A stretch of 64,000 bases of DNA from Raillietiella orientalis (lineage: Eukaryota), in contig JAYWIR010000051.1 of NCBI GenBank assembly GCA_036172245.1, positions 248,001-312,000 of the forward strand, in the 5' to 3' direction. The stretch's first letter is position 1. The number at the start of each line of letters is the position of its first letter. The notes beneath the pieces were generated by a model. The model did no database searches. It saw only the letters and a program-made list of their open reading frames with translations, and was not told the DNA's origin. The position numbers and the translations under genes are program-made. Shown in pieces: positions 25,804 through 39,564 of this stretch.

Positions 25804-28800
25804 AGCTTCAACACAGAAACTAAACATGTTTGTGGAATTTAGCAGTAAAATGTTCATCCACCAGAAGAAATATGGAGGCAGAAAAGTTCATTTGAATACC
25901 AAGCATGACTGTTAATAAACAGAAAACGAATTTTAGAAAAGTGTAAAGTTTAGCAATGACAAATAACTCTGCAACTCAAAAGTAAATCGATTAAAGGCAG
26001 CACCAATTTAAACACGATGTTTAGGCTGGCATAGTTTTCTTAATTCTTCATGAGTACAAGAAAGACAAAAAAAAAATGCTTACAAAATGATTTGGATGAC
26101 TAAATTGTTTTTTTTTTTTGGATGCAGTTGCTTTCATGAGTAACATGTGAACGTCTTTACTTATGTGAACCTGAATGCATATGATGACATTTTGAAAGTA
26201 TTAAAACCACATGCTTGGTGCAATACTCTGAAATGTTAAGTAGCTGGTTACTCTGTTAATACTTTTAATACTTTAGAAGCTTGCAATTAATCATTCATTC
26301 ACACAAAGTGAACATACCAGTATGTGTTCAAATTTGTTCCTTAATCAAATTTTGGTTTGCAATTGTTCACTTAGAGTTTTGTGTTTTTCGTGGTTAAATG
26401 ATTTGTTTTTGAAATTATTAATTTGTATGCACGGAAAAGTAATTACACACATTTATCCAGCATCGTGGCAAATCTATAACTTTTATCCCGCTGCCCTGCA
26501 TCATATTTTCTATTGGCAAAAAACAAAAACGTTTCGTGCCCGAAATCCTTGGGATCTGCATTCCTCCGCTGAATTTTTGCATTGCATTTCCATACGGAAT
26601 GTGTGCTTTTCAGACGCCTTGCAGGCTTGCCATCGCCTCCAGCCAAATTGCGCGTCCGCAGAATCTCTCGATGTGTCCGGCCAAGCATTGCCAGCAGCAG
26701 CACAACGGCAAAAACGCGGGTTTTCGCATCCCGGAAAACACTGCCGAAATCCCAATGTGGAGCACGTTTGGAACAAGCACAAAAGAGCTGTGAAATTTTT
26801 TTTCAAACAAAGCATAATCATCAGGGAAAACACGGGCCCAAAAATTCCTTTCGGAGAAAAAATCCCATTTCCATCGACCTTCCTCGACTTTCTTTCGACG
26901 AATACCACCTTGGAACATGCAATAGAATCAGCCCATTAAGAGCACCTGAAATGCATACATCCTGATGGTCTCACGTAAATTTTTACACCCGACATTGTGA
27001 TTCTTGCCTCATGGAACTCTTGGAAGTTTCAAAGGATTCATTGCTTTGTTGAAACCGTGTGAGAAACCGAGCGATTGCATCATAGAACGCGTTTTGTTTA
27101 AAATACTTTACGCGTAAGGGTGCATCTAGATTTTGAGCTGTTACTCAGGATTTATTTAGAATTGCTTCTCATTTCAAAATTCATATCTTTTCAATGTGAA
27201 TGCCTTCATTCCCAGTGCTTCCTTTTCGTCTCATTTCTCCAGAGATAGTTCTCGTTCCTACGGAAGTGTAATCCAACTACATTTATTTACATTTACGCGA
27301 ATTGCAATTCCATTTGTTAATCATATTTAAACATTTTCCTAGTCTACCTTGAAGTCCAGTATAAGAATTTGGGTAACAGTCGATGTAACTCTTATCATCG
27401 GGCGTATGTTAGAACATTATTTCTATAGTTATCCAAGATTTCCAGTTTTGTCTTAAATACAACAAAAAATTTAATATTTCCAATCTTCCAAACTCCATGG
27501 CACTTAAACATCAGTCAGTGAACCTAGACAAAATCCTCTATTCTATGCAAAACATGACGGTCCCTTCACAAAGGTTTGCACGCTCTGGTAGTATGTGCTA
27601 CTCTTCGACATGTACAAGATTTCATCCTTTATTCGGGGATGCCCAATAGACCTTCCCGTAGAAGGCGAACATTTTTTTAAAGTTTCGGATCCAACATCCG
27701 TGTTTTAAATTTCACTTTGTAGAAAACAGTAATTTATAGATATTCTTATTTACATCTCCATTTTAATTTATAATTTGTGATCTCCCTTGCAATTAATGCT
27801 AACTGTATTGGAATGTGAGATACATGTGCTATTTCATTCACATAAATTATGGCATTTATTATATGGTACAAAAAGATGGAATTTCCTTCTACACTCCAAA
27901 TTCTAATTTGTTCTGTATTGTATAATAATGTGATATGCTCTCTAAAGTGTGTGGTTTTGAATTCGCATTCCACGCAATGCTAAGGAAACTTTCACATTGA
28001 AGTGCAGCAGTTGATTCCGATTTTCCATATTTACCTTTTGATTTTTCAAATTATCGATCCTTGTCAGTAATCTAAAACTTCTAATCTTTCACCCGGGTAA
28101 GCCGGGGCTTTTATTATTAAAAAAACATTTTACAATTATTAATTGCTGTCAATTATTAATTAATTGTATTTGTGTTCCTGTCAGAACACATTGTTCTTAT
28201 TTTCTTATCTTGTGCACTTGTCCTTTCCGACTTGTATGCCGGTAAGGTCTTCTCCACTGCGAAAATAAGATAAAATAAATAAAACTTCTAATAAGGATGT
28301 GCTGCCTTCACTTTTTTTTTTCGTGCTGAAAGTTCAAATCGAGTTATTTTCTGGTATTCATCCCAAGTGCAGCAAATTTTTTTTTATGCTACTCAGAACG
28401 CAGATTTCCTATATAAAACGCAATTTGAAACCCAATTCCTATTTTTTCTTTCAACCTCTCTATTCTTCATTACGAAGGAGATCTGTAAATCGGTTTCATT
28501 AGTCTATGAATTTATTGAAGCCAGTTTTAGAGCCTAGTATGCTTTATGAATTTTCAAAATTAAGATAAGTGTAATTCGGTGACAAAAGTAATATACGATC
28601 TATAAATGTTTTGCAAAGTTTCGTTGTTTTGTTTCAAAATGTTGGAAATTCTTGCGCTGCTTCCATATTATTTCATTTTTGCAGCATTTATTTTCTATTC
28701 TGTGGGGTTTTGATTTCATACAGTATCTTGGAGATGAGCATTCAAATAAAAAGGAAGAGAACATCAGATTTGCAAAACTGCTAAAGTATTTTTTCAAAAT

Positions 28801-30173
28801 CCCTTCAAAAGTGAGGACTTTTTTTTCGAAAGAGAGGAGAGGTACGAGAAAACGAATTTGTAATTATTTTAAACTACAAGAGTTGTTTCGTCTGCGGTTA
28901 GTGTAAATGTTGGAATTCAAAAACATAAAAGAACTAAAAAGTAGTCAATCAAGACAATGTGACAGAAAGATGAGTTGCTGTTTCCGTTGCAAGAAAGAGT
29001 ACTTTGTTCTGTGAAAAACTTAAATCTGTGCTCAATAAATAGGTAATTTGGAAGTGTAGACACAAAAATGCATATCAAACCAGATAAAAAGAAACGAATA
29101 AGCATTAAAAAAAAATCCTTGAGGATCTATTTCTTACATGCCCATTTGAATTACTATCTTGTTTTTAGTAATGTCATGCAACTATTTATATTTTTGATTA
29201 ATGCCCTTTGGAAAAGAATTACATTATTTTCTGATTTTGCATTAAAATTTCTCTGAATGCCACGCATTATAAATCAGAAAATAATGTTTTAAGAATTTAA
29301 AGAATCATTTACACTGACTACACTTGGAAGAATCACCCAAAACAGACAATTTGGATTTAAGAAAGATTGACGTACAATGGGGGAAGATGTACGCTGATGA
29401 AATTAACTTTGATGAGCAAAAGATCTTCAGTATGTTGTATAGACCGCAAATGATCCAGTATTTTATATGTAGTATATTATATGCAGTATTTTATATGCAT
29501 CTGATTTTCATGAAGACTTCTGATATTCAAGTACCGATAAGCACACTCAAAGCGTTATTCAAGTAATTTTCTAACTTGGATGAATTTTGAAAATATTCAG
29601 AATATTTCATCATTCTCAATATGTACTTTACATGATTTCTTAATTGTTTTTGAGTGTTTTAATACAGCTCTTTTTTTGTTTCTTTTTTACTTCGTGCGCA
29701 TCATTTTTTCAGAATAGACAATTTCATTTGGTTTTTGAAATACAAAGCAAAATAACCGTATTTTTTTCCGGAGTTTATTTCTCTAGTGTCTGATCGAAGG
29801 TACTGTGTTCCTGATGTTCTCAAACGTCTCAAACATCTTTCATATGTGGCAATCCTGTTGTGCACCAAAAAGACCATACGTAATTAGGGCTTGATTGACT
29901 TCAAGTTTGAAGGCATGTGGTGTCGTGTCTTGTGTTACTGACGAACAAACTTGGTTGAAAACAATACATTTTTTGTGTTTTCGTTATAAAAATAAGTGTT
30001 AATAGCAAAACCAAAACCGAAATTCAAGATTTTCCTGTTGAGAATCGAGAACCTTAATTAGTTACTGATTGCTCAATAGTCGTTCTCGTCCATCGTATAA
30101 AAAATGTGATACTTTGATTTTTGACAATTCGAGGGAGTTTTGTTTCAGTTTGTGCTGTATTTGAAGTCAGTGG

Positions 30174-30181
30174 TATCGATA
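30174..30181. promoter_or_regulatory. DRE-like motif TATCGATA upstream of the RBM41-like gene
   Basis: Exact TATCGATA palindrome in a locally CpG-containing patch ~880 nt upstream of the ATG. DRE marks housekeeping promoters in Drosophila; a single 8-mer could be chance. Confidence 0.25.
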
Positions 30182-31057
30182 CATGTAGTGCATGCGTCTA
30201 ATTGAATCAACCGTGGTTGTGTGTGGAGTTTTTTGAAAATGAATACATTTATTAAAACGAATAAGAACTCTTTAGTGTTTTTGATAACGAATAGTTGACC
30301 GGTCGTGCAGAAGCTATTCCAAAAAAAGCTTAAGGTAGCATAAAAGAAATGAAATCATTGATGGAATACAGATGCTTAAATTGTGTTAGTCAATTTAATG
30401 AATGAAGCAGCTTCGAAATATACAAAATACATCCATCTTCTGTTTTGCCCAAAACCCTTGAAAGCGGGACTGAACAATATGTGAAGCCCTTATGTACTAT
30501 AATGTTTCATTTATTGATTAGAGCAGTCTTGAGGAGCTTTGAAAGTCAGTAATCCAAACAGGTATTTCCATGGCGTTGAGTTTGTTTCTTCAAATATTTG
30601 CTACAGAAATTCCGAAAAAATTAAAGCATTCAAATTGGGATACTTGTGGAGTGAAGGACCTCATTCTTTTTGAGAATCCTTGTCATACATGGGACTTTAG
30701 AGTAGCTAACTTTAAAAATTTATTGTTGAATCTGAATTGTTTTGTTTTTGAATTTGCATTTCATCATTTCAAATTAAATTAATGTCCACCCAACGGTATG
30801 CTTGTGTGCATTTTGAACTTAGAGATAAATGTGTTTGCTCATTGGCCACTTTGTCATTTGATCTTTATTAAGCACTCAAATGCATCATTTAAAAATAGAT
30901 CCTTTCAGTGTATAACAGAAATATCAATTGTGCCTGCAGAAGTACCATTCTATACAACATTGCATTAAGTTCTATGTAATTTTAGGAAAAATCATGGGCA
31001 ATGCATTCAGCATCTTTTGAAGGAGCAGAAAATAATTGGATTTTTATAGGACTGTAG

Positions 31058-33073
31058 ATGGCCAGCATCCGAGAAAAGAAAATCCCGCCATATTGTGTAG
31101 AAGATGTAGATGATGAAGTTGGAAAGGCAAAGATTGAGACTCAAGTTTGTGTCCAAATAAAAGAGCTTGTTAAAAAGCAGCTAGCAAAATCTATCAATTT
31201 GCATCAGTAAGTGCCTAATTGGAGATCCTCAAATGTGAAAGTTGATCATGTGTAATATATTTCAAGCAACAAAATGAGAATTTATGAGATTTTTATTTGA
31301 TATTCTGTAATTATGCTGTGAACTGATCTTATGTAACCACTTATTTTTATTTATAACTAACTGCTGATAATTTTGGCCTGTCACATAAGTGGATTCTGCC
31401 TTTCAGTGAGGTGAAATTAGTAGACAAGTTTATCACGTCAGAACTCTACAAACCATCTTTAGAAGCACTCCATGGAACCCACAGTATTGAAACTTTGAAA
31501 AGAATAGAAGAAGAAGATGAAAGGGTTTCTGCATTAAAATCATGTGGATTGAATGACTATGACATTAGATTGAAGATACTAGAAGATAAGGCTAGTGCTG
31601 AGTCACCATATTACAAGCAGTTAAAAATCAATCCTATGGTTAAAGCTGAAAAATTGCATGCAATTGAACAACAAATTTCTGCACATCAAGAGGCACTCAA
31701 AATGAAACATCAGTTCAGGTATTTAAAAGTAATCCTTTTATTTACTTTATTTTTGGAGGAACCTAATGAGTGTTCTATTTTTTATTTATGCTGCTGTTTG
31801 AATAGGTAACAATTAATTGAGTGTACCTAAACCAAACAATAAATTTGTATTTTTGATAAGTGAGGTTCTGTAAATGGTAATCTTCATCACATATATATAC
31901 TTTAGGAATCATCATTCTGTTTATGAATTAGTACTTTATTTTGTCCATTTATTTTTATGATATGTCCCATGGTACAGAGTAAATGCTTTGGTTTTGAACC
32001 TGTAATGAGCTGGGAGTGAATTTATGTTATGCATACTTTTATTTTGCCTATTGTTTTATTCTACATGCTCACTATTAACACTTACTAAATTATGAGTTAT
32101 ATTGTGATTGCCTGGGGGTTTCTACAAAATTTGTATTCCTGAATTAGGGGAACTGTTCCACTTACACGTCATGAAATTGAGATTGAAAAATCATTGAACA
32201 AAGGCAGTCAGGATCAAAAGCTTATTCCTTGCTTATTTCATGAGAAGATTCCTGATAGAAATAGCTTAAATGCTCATCACCTCCTCATGAGTTTGGAAAA
32301 AAATCCATATTTGAGTACAACCAAGAAGACAGTAAATAGTTTGTCATCAGAAAAAGCAACTGAAGATGATACCCAGTCAAAAAACTTGAGGATAGCGAAG
32401 AAGGATGCAGTAATTACAACTGGATGGGATGTGGAAGCATGTGCAGCACAGTTGAACTATCCAAGAGCTATTCAAGAAATAAAAATGGCTGAATCTGCTG
32501 CATGCTTGTCAGATGTTATTTGTGGTAATCATAAGGGAGAGATGAATACAAAATTAAGAAATAAAAATAGGAAAAAAGGCCAAAAATCTTCCCGTTTTGT
32601 GTATACTGGAACAAATGCATTGAACAGTGATGAATCACTTTCTCAGCAGCTCTCATTAGATGACATTCGCAACATACCCAAGTTTGCAAACTTCTCACCA
32701 GGAACCCCATCAGAGGTTGGTTCACAGTTCAATTCTTTTTTTTTTTTTATCTAAGCAATTTGATCCTAGGTTCTTTTTTTAAAGAACTTGGCACGGTGCA
32801 CTACAAGACATGATTTGGTCACTTTGTTTCTTCGTCTGGAAAAATCTGCGCTATCCAAAATTGTTTATAGATTGCTTGAAGGTCGAATGCGGGGTCAAGC
32901 ATTTGTGACTTTCCCTGGTAAATGAGGATCCCTCCTAGCAGTATCATCCATACTGTTTAATGCTTTCAGATATACCTACTGCCCAGAAAGCTTGGAGCTT
33001 GGTTAATGGTAGAATATTGCATGGCAAAGTTGTCTTAGCATGCTATTCTACTTCTCGGTGCCACAGAGGATAG
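31058..33073 (+). CDS. RBM41: RNA-binding protein 41-like (RRM; paralog of U11/U12-65K/RNPC3), 5 exons, 426 aa
   Basis: Exons 31058-31206, 31407-31718, 32148-32715, 32770-32917, 32970-33073 (1281 nt, in frame). Contains LTRHEIEIEKSL and a C-terminal IRNIPKFANFSPGTPSEVLFLKNLA...DLVTLF...GRMRGQAFVTFPDIPTAQKAWSLVNG, the RBM41/RNPC3-type RRM. The single C-terminal RRM favours RBM41. Confidence 0.85.
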
Positions 33074-34649
33074 CAGGTGAATAATTGTATGAAATATCAG
33101 TGGAGTAAGCCACTGTGATGAATGTGGGTATCTGATTAGCAGAGAAGTAGCATATTGGTTCCCTTGACCCTTGAACAAACTGCAGGGAATGTGACTGGTT
33201 TCTAGATTGTGCACTTTCAGTATATGCTCATTTCATGTGCACTTTGCAAAAGTGAAGCACAGCAACCAGTGTTTGCAGTATTGTGTACACACGAAAGTTG
33301 AGCCTTTATTTTTGTAAGATTGCCCTGAAATTAAATTAAATGAAGTGTTTAGTCAATCATGGCCTTAACATCAAAAAATTTGTTTTCATTCCATCCTATT
33401 TTTCAAGTTCTTTGATTTTTCTTCGTAGTCCTTGTAACTAGCATTTCATGAAATGCTTTTTTGGCTTCCAAGTCGTCCATGTGATAGGAAAAGGTAAGGG
33501 AAACGAAGTTTGGTTTGCAGCCGCATCTCAACAGCTTTTGAAATAAATCTATGCATTTTGGGATGTGTGGTTGCGAAGGATATGCATATGAGAGAGAAAA
33601 CAAAGGAACGCTCTGCCTCTCCAAAGTCTCCAGAGACTTTCAGCGTGGATGTCACTACAAATTTTTCCGTGGGATTTCGTCCTGTTGCGAATTGCCTGGT
33701 TGTGAAGATGTATTGCGAATTAGGTGCATGTTTTTCATAAAGTTGCTGTTCCGTTGCGCAGCAATTTGATCACTGGAACATCCTCCCCACCATTTAGGTT
33801 GTAATGCAGATTCTCCAAGTCGTGGTTTCTTGCGAAAGCAATCGGAGGTAGCCATGGACTGTTCGCGTCGAGCATCAAGTGGTTGCGAGAGGATGGTGGC
33901 CCCAAACGTCATGGGGACTCTTCGCGGGCCGGCAGTGCCTCCTCCACCTGGTCGCACCCATTGCGTGGGTTGGGATCCACTGTTGCGACTATTCGCATGC
34001 TCCCCCCAAGGGATAGAGCCTGAATTATTCCGTTCATCCGGCACTTTTTGTAGTGGTTCTATGAAACCGAACTCGCGACAAGAGACGAGCATTTTATTCA
34101 AGAAGCAAAAAACACACACACACGAATGCTCCTAATGCTGACCGAATCGCCCTGCCTGCACAGGGTTCTACGCATTTCTTAGTGTGCAACTCTTTGCTGT
34201 TGGTTTTTGTGTTGAGTGAGGGCTGCTCCATCTTTCTTCAAAGGTCGTGTGGTGTTTGAAGTAAGTTTTTTTTAACCAGCTTGACACTTCATTTCTCCCA
34301 ACGGCTTGGTTTGTTTCCCCGTGCAAAAATCACGTCGGAGTGAAATCCCCTGGGGTGCTTTAGATTATCGTCTTGTGGGGGCATCGGTCGTGTTTTCGAG
34401 GGAATCACGGACCATCTGGAAGCCGACAGCAATCCCTAAAATTGCGTGCTTGTGTAATTCCATGAGGGAATTTGCACGGGACTTCGCGTGTCCCGTGTTT
34501 TCCTTCCCATTCGTGCACCATGACAACCCGGCTCATGAGATAATAGCTAATCGAACTCGGTGATTGGTCGCCGGCCGGAGACACAAACTAGGAAGAGATG
34601 GCCCTCCATCGTGGACATTTTGTCGTCCCAAGAGTTGCTCCGGAGTGCC

Positions 34650-35300
34650 GAGAAGACGTTCGCGTCTTCTGCACCGAACAGCACTGAATGTAAATTTCGT
34701 GAGTGCAGTTTTCCACAGTTTCCTGTTTTCCACAGCAGTCTGCAAGGGAAGGTTCGGTGATCACGAAGAAGTGCTTTCAACATACGAATGCTCCGTTCCC
34801 TGAAACCATCGCACTCGGTGCTCTCTATCCCGGGCATCCCTTTGTAGAATTTATTTTGAAAAAAAAAATGCGCCTTCGAGTCTTGAGTTTATTGAGCAAT
34901 TTATTGTTTGGTTAAATAGCCCAAGCCCATCAGGAGCGACTAAGAGTGGAAGAATCGAAGGTCACTGCCCACGATTTTTTAATCCCCTGCTTTTATCGAT
35001 GTGACTGCTTCAGATGTTCGAACACATCTCACTTCCTCCGCAGGAAGTTTGGCGTTCCGTGAATAAAAGAGCAGCCGATTCTTTCGTGCACATCGCTGCG
35101 CCGGTTGCACCATTTGATTGATTTCTTCGTCAGATGATTAGGCCAAATTAGATTACGGATCCGCAGTTGAAAGACATGCGCGCTAATATGTGCGCAGAAG
35201 AGCACAGGCTGTTAAATTATCCCGGAGCGGAATGTCGTGCAAAAGCGCATCAGGTTGCCTTGCGATCATTTGAGAAGGGGAAGCTGAGGAACGCCCATCG
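34650..35300 (-). mobile_element. Possible RTE-like LINE 3' remnant
   Basis: LRDNLTACALLRTY (ORF 35183..35401-), AKLPAEEVRC and AVENRKLWKTAL (ORF 34533..34745-, ~AxDRxxWR) in the order expected for an RTE ORF C-terminus. Confidence 0.3.
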
Positions 35301-36694
35301 AGCTTTCGGAAGTCCTGGGTTACCAGAGTGGGAGTTTTTTGAAACGCTCCCCCTTGAGAGCGAAAAGTAACATCCGCGTGCATAGGAAGCCCCTCCTCCA
35401 CCCCCCTCCGACTGAAATCTTACAGAGTCACGGAGTCATTTTAACGATCGAATGCGCACATCTTGGCTCAGCATAGTCACTCCATCACCTCACTCGAATG
35501 ATTTAACGCGAAATACTTCTCGATCCCAAATCAAGAGCGAACAGATTGCAAGGAAAGTCTGCTACAGGTGAAGCAAGAAATTTGTCATGAGCAACATGTC
35601 GTGGTCAATGACTCAAACGCGCCACAAGAGGATAAGAAATGCTCTCGGTTCGTACATGTGATTGAGGTATCTGGTCTGAGACCAGACCAGACAGCGGGCA
35701 GATACTGAAAGGGAAGTTTGAAATTCGGTCCAGTAATGGAGATGGAAGTATGTTAGCTGTCAGATCAAAGAGACGTACCACCGTCATAGTGAAAACGGGA
35801 TTTCTCTTTGGGGAGTCTTTTCCTTCCGAAAAAGAAACAGAAATGGAGCATCTTCAATAAGTTTTGGAAGCATAAAATTAAAAAATGAAGTATCAAACGT
35901 AAATCCTGATGCGTGTGTGGCTTGTGAAATTGCCGGGAAGCTGCAGCTCCAGCAACATTTGGACATTTGATTGCTGTAAGAAACCTGGTGGATTTCTCTA
36001 ATCGACATGGAAATTCGAGACTGCTCGGTTTACTTAAAGACTAATGTTTGTTACCAGTTTCCCACTTAGGAGGCGTCTAATCACACATAGGAGCAATCAT
36101 TGGCATGATGTCTCCATTTTATAACATTAGACAGTCGTGATATTTGGTCACATTGGGGAAATTCTCCAGTTGAAAAGATCCCTGTCTTAAAAACTCAGAA
36201 CACTGTAAACGAAGTGAATCAGAGGCCGATCCGGCTTTATTGCTGAATGCTAAGGTCCTGAAGTCATCAATATGCATGTTATTATAGTTAAAATGTAGTA
36301 GCCCTAGGACTTCCCAGTATTATTTTAGTGTAATCGTCCGCATGGTTTGCTTGCGAAATTATGAGCATAGACTTGGATTCGTTTCGCCAACTGCCATACA
36401 GAAGAAACTCGAATGGCAACAACATTCCGAGCTGCCAGCTCCAGAGTCGGAAGACAAGCTGCTCTGCTCTCCCACATCGTCACATTTCTCTGTTACTTTC
36501 TTTTACTCTCCTCCAGGTTTCCATAATCGCTCGATATTTATAATTATAGGTACTAATTTTCATAGCTTGGAGAATTTTCGATTTCAGGATGAACATGAAA
36601 ACAAAATAAGACCGGTTCTGATTTCAATGTAGTGCCAACTTCTTGAATTATTGCATTTCTGGAGGGTAAATGAAAGAAAAAGAATAAGGAAGAT

Positions 36695-36758
36695 TTGTGA
36701 ATTTCTTTCATGATTTCTACATTTTTGATTTCAGGGAAATCATAAAAGAAATTCACAA
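36695..36758. repeat. 23-bp inverted repeat (1 mismatch), 18-nt loop
   Basis: ttgtgaatttctttcatgatttc (36695-36717) and gaaatcataaaagaaattcacaa (36736-36758). Confidence 0.9.
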
Positions 36759-39564
36759 TGACTAAGCAACTTACTTTTTGTTATATGAAGTACCGTTTAA
36801 AAGTTTGATCACCAAGACTCAACTCTTTTTCATGGTTCTTTAATAACCTCTGTTCGTTGCAACAACACTCAAGAGAAGAATAAAAAAAGAACTTGCATAC
36901 GAATCTTTCTTTCAAAAGTCTGTTCTCACTATCTTTATGGCATTTTCTTTGTAAAGTCTTTTATTTTGGACTTTTAATTTGATATTCTTCCCTATTAAAG
37001 ACCGATAAGTACTGTACGAAACGTCCTGATTTTAAAACGATATTTTTGTTTCGTCATTTCCATGTCATTAATTGTTATCATTTCCATGATAAAATAGAGG
37101 AATTCTTGGAGAAGACATTTTCCAATATAGATACACTGAAAGTATCCTTCAGTGTGTCTACGACTGAACGATACACTCACTATTCAGTCTTTTCCATAGG
37201 TGATTGCAGTTGGAATTCATTTCTATTCATGGACTTTTATTTATAGGTGCCAATAACCATTCCATTTTTCCTTGGCTGATCCTAATCCCCACTCGTTTCA
37301 ATAAAATAAAATTATCACTCAGTCTTTTAAAGCTGATAATTTCTCATTTTTTTTCAAACTCCATTTCGTAATTGTACTCTTAACCAGAATTTGGTGTCTA
37401 TGTATTAGTGAGTTAGTCACTTATGAGTCTATGAGTCATTTACGACTCTTATTCAAAGGCGAGTTCTATCAATGTATTGTGAAATTAAGAGATACACTTC
37501 ATTGAACCTAAACTCTGTACACTGCCTCAAGCAGAAAAATGAAATGGATCATTGAGAAATCAAAAGTACTCAGAAGGAAGGTAAATTTACGCATTTCAAA
37601 AAGCAAAAAAAGCAAAACAGAAAAGATGATGATGTATTATGATTTGAAAACATGGAGTTTTCATATATCTCTTAAATTTCCAAGTAATCATTACCATATA
37701 TAATTATGATTCTTGTGAAAATCTAAGCTGCAAACCCCTTTACCATGATATACTGGTTATAATGGGACAATTACGATGTCTAGAGTTCATATGCTCCATC
37801 ATAATATGCCTACCAGACTGGAAGAGGATGAATACGGTACATGATAAACAATTTTACGGTGATATTAGTCTGCAAGTGTATAAATTTGATACAAAGCTAT
37901 ACGAAACATTCCCACACGATGTGCATGTGACACTAAACAGAATGTCGAAGTAATGAAGATCTGATAAAAAACTAAAAGACCGGGAAAAAGTTAACTGGTA
38001 ATAATCAGATAATCATTTTCTGACAATAATCAGAAAATGATTCATTTACATGAATTGGGGAAGTGAACTTTGCTAAATCAGGCTTCCGAGTTCACTCTGG
38101 GCAGTTACTTGCGATGGAAAGTAATTTTGTTATGTTTATTAAAAGAAATGATATCGTTGTCCTTCCGATTGACTAAAATGAAGCTTAAGCAAAAGTGAAA
38201 ACCAACACATTCTCGAGAACAGTGCAGCAGCAGTAAATGAATATTACCTTTAAATATTGCATTTTTACAGTCTCGTGAGCATGTGGCACACGTGCATTAC
38301 AAGTTACTCTTAACGAAGGGGGTGGAAATTGATTGAAACGTAACTGGTAAGCACGTTGAATAAGGGTATTCATAGAAGTGAGTGAATTTTTCTACGACTA
38401 AATTTATTTGACTTGCGTGTTCAAACGTATGATTTCATGCATATTGTTTATACCAATGTTTTGGCCGAAACTTTCTGGATACGTAAAGTATTTTGAATTT
38501 CGGGAAAGTGCTGTTTGCCGCCTATGTGCTATGCATATGTAACCGGAATTGTATGTGGAGAAGTTTTGTAATGCAGTTTTTTGTTTAGATGTGTTTCGAA
38601 ATGTTTTCGAATGTTTCCTCCAAAGAGAGATATCTCATTTTGTTATGTTTCCATATCAAATCTAAGGGAGCATGTTGGTACTAGAAGGAAATGGAACAGT
38701 AATTCAAGAAAAAAATTGTGTACAAGCCAGTTATTGTTAACCATATGAATGAATTTAGCATTTGTTAATACTTTTCTGAAAACAGGTCGAATCCGATACT
38801 ATGGTACACAAGTCTGATAGCAAAGTTAAATAATATTTGATCAGTTTATTCATTCATATGATTTACTAAGGTAAATTGTTTCTTATTAAAATATTTTACT
38901 GTTGGCATTCTATGTAAGCATTTGAAATACTATACTCGTTTTCGATAGTGCTACATTCTATCGATTGCAAGTAAAAATAAAAACACACGTTCAGTTTTAT
39001 GACATAATGTGTTTGAGCAGTTTGGTTAAACCACGAGTTCGTGTTCCCCGCAAATTTCTCAAACCATACTGTGAAAAAAATGAAGTACCCCATTTTGTTT
39101 TTGATTTCAGTAGTATGTCACCAGTTTTATCCATGTTTACAGATCATTTGATGATGAAAGCAATGTACACAATGTCTAAATGAATGATGGCATTAAACAA
39201 GGAATGGTGTATTGATTGTATTAAAGAAAGGCTTTAATTTGCGAAGATTTATCAATAATGAATCTTTACTTGTTCGTATCATAACTGAGTTTTAAACTTA
39301 AGATGTACTGTTTGTCCAATCATGTTTGTAATGATTTTTGTATTAAATGTTACTTTACAATCTTTGATGCTAGACCTGCCCAAAGAATAAGGTAACAAGC
39401 TATATTTCATAAATTCTGTGTCACATGGATGAAAAATTTATTGGTAAATTTTTTAATTTTTTTTCTTCAAAGTAGATATGTGGAGGTACCAGTAAGAATC
39501 TTACAGGTGTGCAATTTTTATGTACAATCGAATATCTGTTTTTGTTCAATTCTCTTAACGAAAT

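Noticed and set aside
28091..28107. Helitron-like 3' GC hairpin (cccgggtaagccggg)
   Set aside because: No CTRR terminus at the expected distance and no other Helitron evidence.
28600..29450. Possible hAT transposase remnant (KIDVQWGKM)
   Set aside because: One weak motif and no terminal inverted repeats recognised.
36695..36758. Pre-miRNA candidate (64-nt hairpin)
   Set aside because: There is no basal stem extension, it is very AU-rich, and I recognise no known miRNA sequence; kept only as an inverted repeat.
37142..37149. GTATCCTT resembling a U12-type 5' splice site
   Set aside because: It is not within any modelled gene, has no upstream exon or matching U12 branch site, and lies in a hairpin loop.
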